In this document: in pieces, positions 62,001 through 64,000 of the stretch | Layout: each line of letters begins with the position of its first letter | Position numbering within the stretch: the stretch's first letter is position 1 | NCBI GenBank assembly: GCA_036172245.1 | Contig: JAYWIR010000042.1 | Coordinates: forward strand, 806,001 to 870,000 | DNA length: 64,000 bases | Source: Raillietiella orientalis | Taxonomy: Eukaryota | Direction: 5' to 3' | The notes under the pieces: generated by a model | What the model was told of the DNA's origin: nothing | Database searches by the model: none | Seen by the model: only the letters and a program-made list of their open reading frames with translations | Position numbers and translations under genes: made by a program

Positions 62001-64000
62001 TCCGACTTTCTGAGATTGCAATCCAAAAGACTTGTACTATTGAACGGAACTATTCATGGAAAATCAAGAGGGAATGGTTGCAAGGTGCTTTGCCTTCTGA
62101 GGAAGGAATCCACGATCCACCATCCCAAGGCATACCTGTGGGGTCAACAAAAAAGGTGCATGAAAGGATCGGAAAGGAGCTGACCAGTATCCAAGTGACC
62201 TACGGATAGTCCTTTCCGGAATTTGTAAGACGCAGTATTTTTTTTCCATGCTATTCCTGGCTGCCTTTGATTCAGAAGCTCGGGTGCGGTCACCGAGTTC
62301 TATAGAGCTTTAAGGGAAAAAAGGGATGGAAGGTTCAGGAAAAAGAAATCAGAAAGAGCACACTGTGGAGAAAAACATGACAAATTCTTTAATGAATTTG
62401 TAAATGAGCAGGAGAGAGACCTAAAAGCATCTTTCCACGTTGAATGAATCGTTTTCTCAATAAGGTCTCCATCCTTGTTGCGAAGTCATGATGGATTGAT
62501 TTCAAAAGTCACAGTGGAAGTTGGCGGTTTAAAGTCGACTCTTCAAATGATGGACAATTCCCATCTGAAATGATGCAGGTGAGATTTATTTCTTGGGACG
62601 TTAGTTTCTTCTTTCAGAGCGCAAAAAGGAACCAAGAAGAGGATTCGTGCTTTTCCAGAGAAGTGAATAAACACGAAGATTATTGATGTCGAAAGAGTCC
62701 CCATGAACTTGTATGTTTCCGATGTATTCAGGAAAAACAAATTGTGAGCAAGTGGTATACAAACATCCTGATTTTCATGGATGCATTGCATTCCAAAATG
62801 ACGTTCAGTCAGTCCATCAAATTTCTAATTCATCCCTTTCATAGTACTTCCAGAAGACGGATGTTGATTCGTATTCTTATAGATACAGATTACTCTATCA
62901 TCAGTTTTCAGAGGTGATAAGACCATTTGTAGCCTGGAAAGCTGCGAGCATTCTTCAATCCCGCAAGATGGATAGCTAACACGCCAATGCCGGTCAATGA
63001 GAAGTGCTGAATGAAGAAGTCTCCAGATTTTCTTGATTCTTCTTAGCCCCAAATACTGCAGCGTCACAAATCTTCTTGGATTAGGAGGGAAGCGAACGAT
63101 ATCGAGTGAAAGGACTTCACTGAGAGAGGAAACAAAGATTTCTATCCATCATCGCCAGCGTTGTCTTGCAGCGTTCTCCTTCCGGTCACTCCGAATTCGA
63201 GGACGAGTTCGATAGAAACAGCTGGATTGCGTTCTCTCCAGCCCAATTCTTCGTCATCACTGCCAGGATCAAGGTGAGGGATGAAGCATCAATTCTAAGA
63301 ATGTCAGTGTGGTGACTCCAGCTACAAGTGGCCAAACACTTGGAAATGAATCCTCAGTTCTGCCGCCATGCCGTGTTTGCTTCCGTGACCTCGAAAAAAT
63401 GAACATTCCAATCATCCGATATTCGAGCAAGTTAGAGATACACAAACATCCAAATCGAAATTAGAAAGATTAGAGGAAATTAGATCCACGTGGATCTCAT
63501 CAGCCACTGATGGCAGGTCTCAATAGCAAACATCCGGAGAAGAGACTGCTGCGTTTTTTTCGATTCAGTCCGATGCTGCTTTGGGGCTTTGTGTTTTTTG
63601 TCTTCTCCAAACGCATACACTTCCTACTTGCTTATTAGCTGTGCATGTCGTATACCAAAATTGAAGTTTTTTATAAAATTATGAAGACATCTATTGCATA
63701 TAAGGCAATCATTCAAGGAACAGATAGCATCTGTATCACATTAATTTTGTATTAAAGAAATGAAAGGCTTCTGTTCTCTTTGTCTTCTGTTCAGTGCTTC
63801 CTGAAGGACAAAATTGTGAACTGCACACTGATTCCGAGCACCACGAGGAACTTTTAAATAGGGTTTGGAAGTGCCTCAGGATCAGAGGGTCTCCTTCTAA
63901 TTATTTTCCTAAACAGAAAAACTCTAGTCAAATCCTTCTTAGGGAATGCAAGGAGTGTGGCTGGCAACAGGGACTCCTTAGGCATATTAAAACTCTACTT

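Noticed and set aside
55600..63070. Further LINE C-terminal-like traces (~55650-56050 and ~62830-63070, - strand)
   Set aside because: The motifs are too weak to support as features without a profile search.
1..64000. Prokaryotic systems (CRISPR arrays, operons) and tRNA/rRNA genes
   Set aside because: The window has spliceosomal gene structure, no regularly spaced repeat-spacer array and no recognisable structural RNA gene.

Overview
Eukaryotic, intron-containing genomic DNA, probably arthropod; the taxon cannot be fixed from this window. Most ORF-track entries are spurious. Two convergent three-Ig-domain genes of the DIP (Dpr-interacting protein)/lachesin family can be spliced by hand. Gene A is on the + strand (exons 43-250, 1203-1361, 3182-3310, 3421-3717; 5' end lies before the window). 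Gene B is on the - strand (signal-peptide exon 31582-31636, then 22456-22568, 16761-16968, 16546-16704, 16355-16483, 11027-11326, plus tentative 3' exons). The most striking structure is a ~2.7 kb GC-rich inverted repeat (about 16.9-19.6 kb and 33.95-36.7 kb) with an apparently indel-free core at about 99% identity and decaying edges. Its outer ends run into gene B's Ig1 exon and into a degenerate mirror copy of that exon (36607-36816). Gene B's exons 1-2 and presumed promoter lie in the ~14.3 kb spacer, a layout compatible with arm-to-arm gene conversion and with inversion swapping which Ig1 exon is used. The rest is mostly heavily decayed retroelement fossils (Ty3/gypsy, L1/Tx1-like, CR1/Jockey-type LINE RT, BEL/Pao), a dispersed repeat pair and two short hairpins. 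No host exons were recognised beyond ~36.8 kb.
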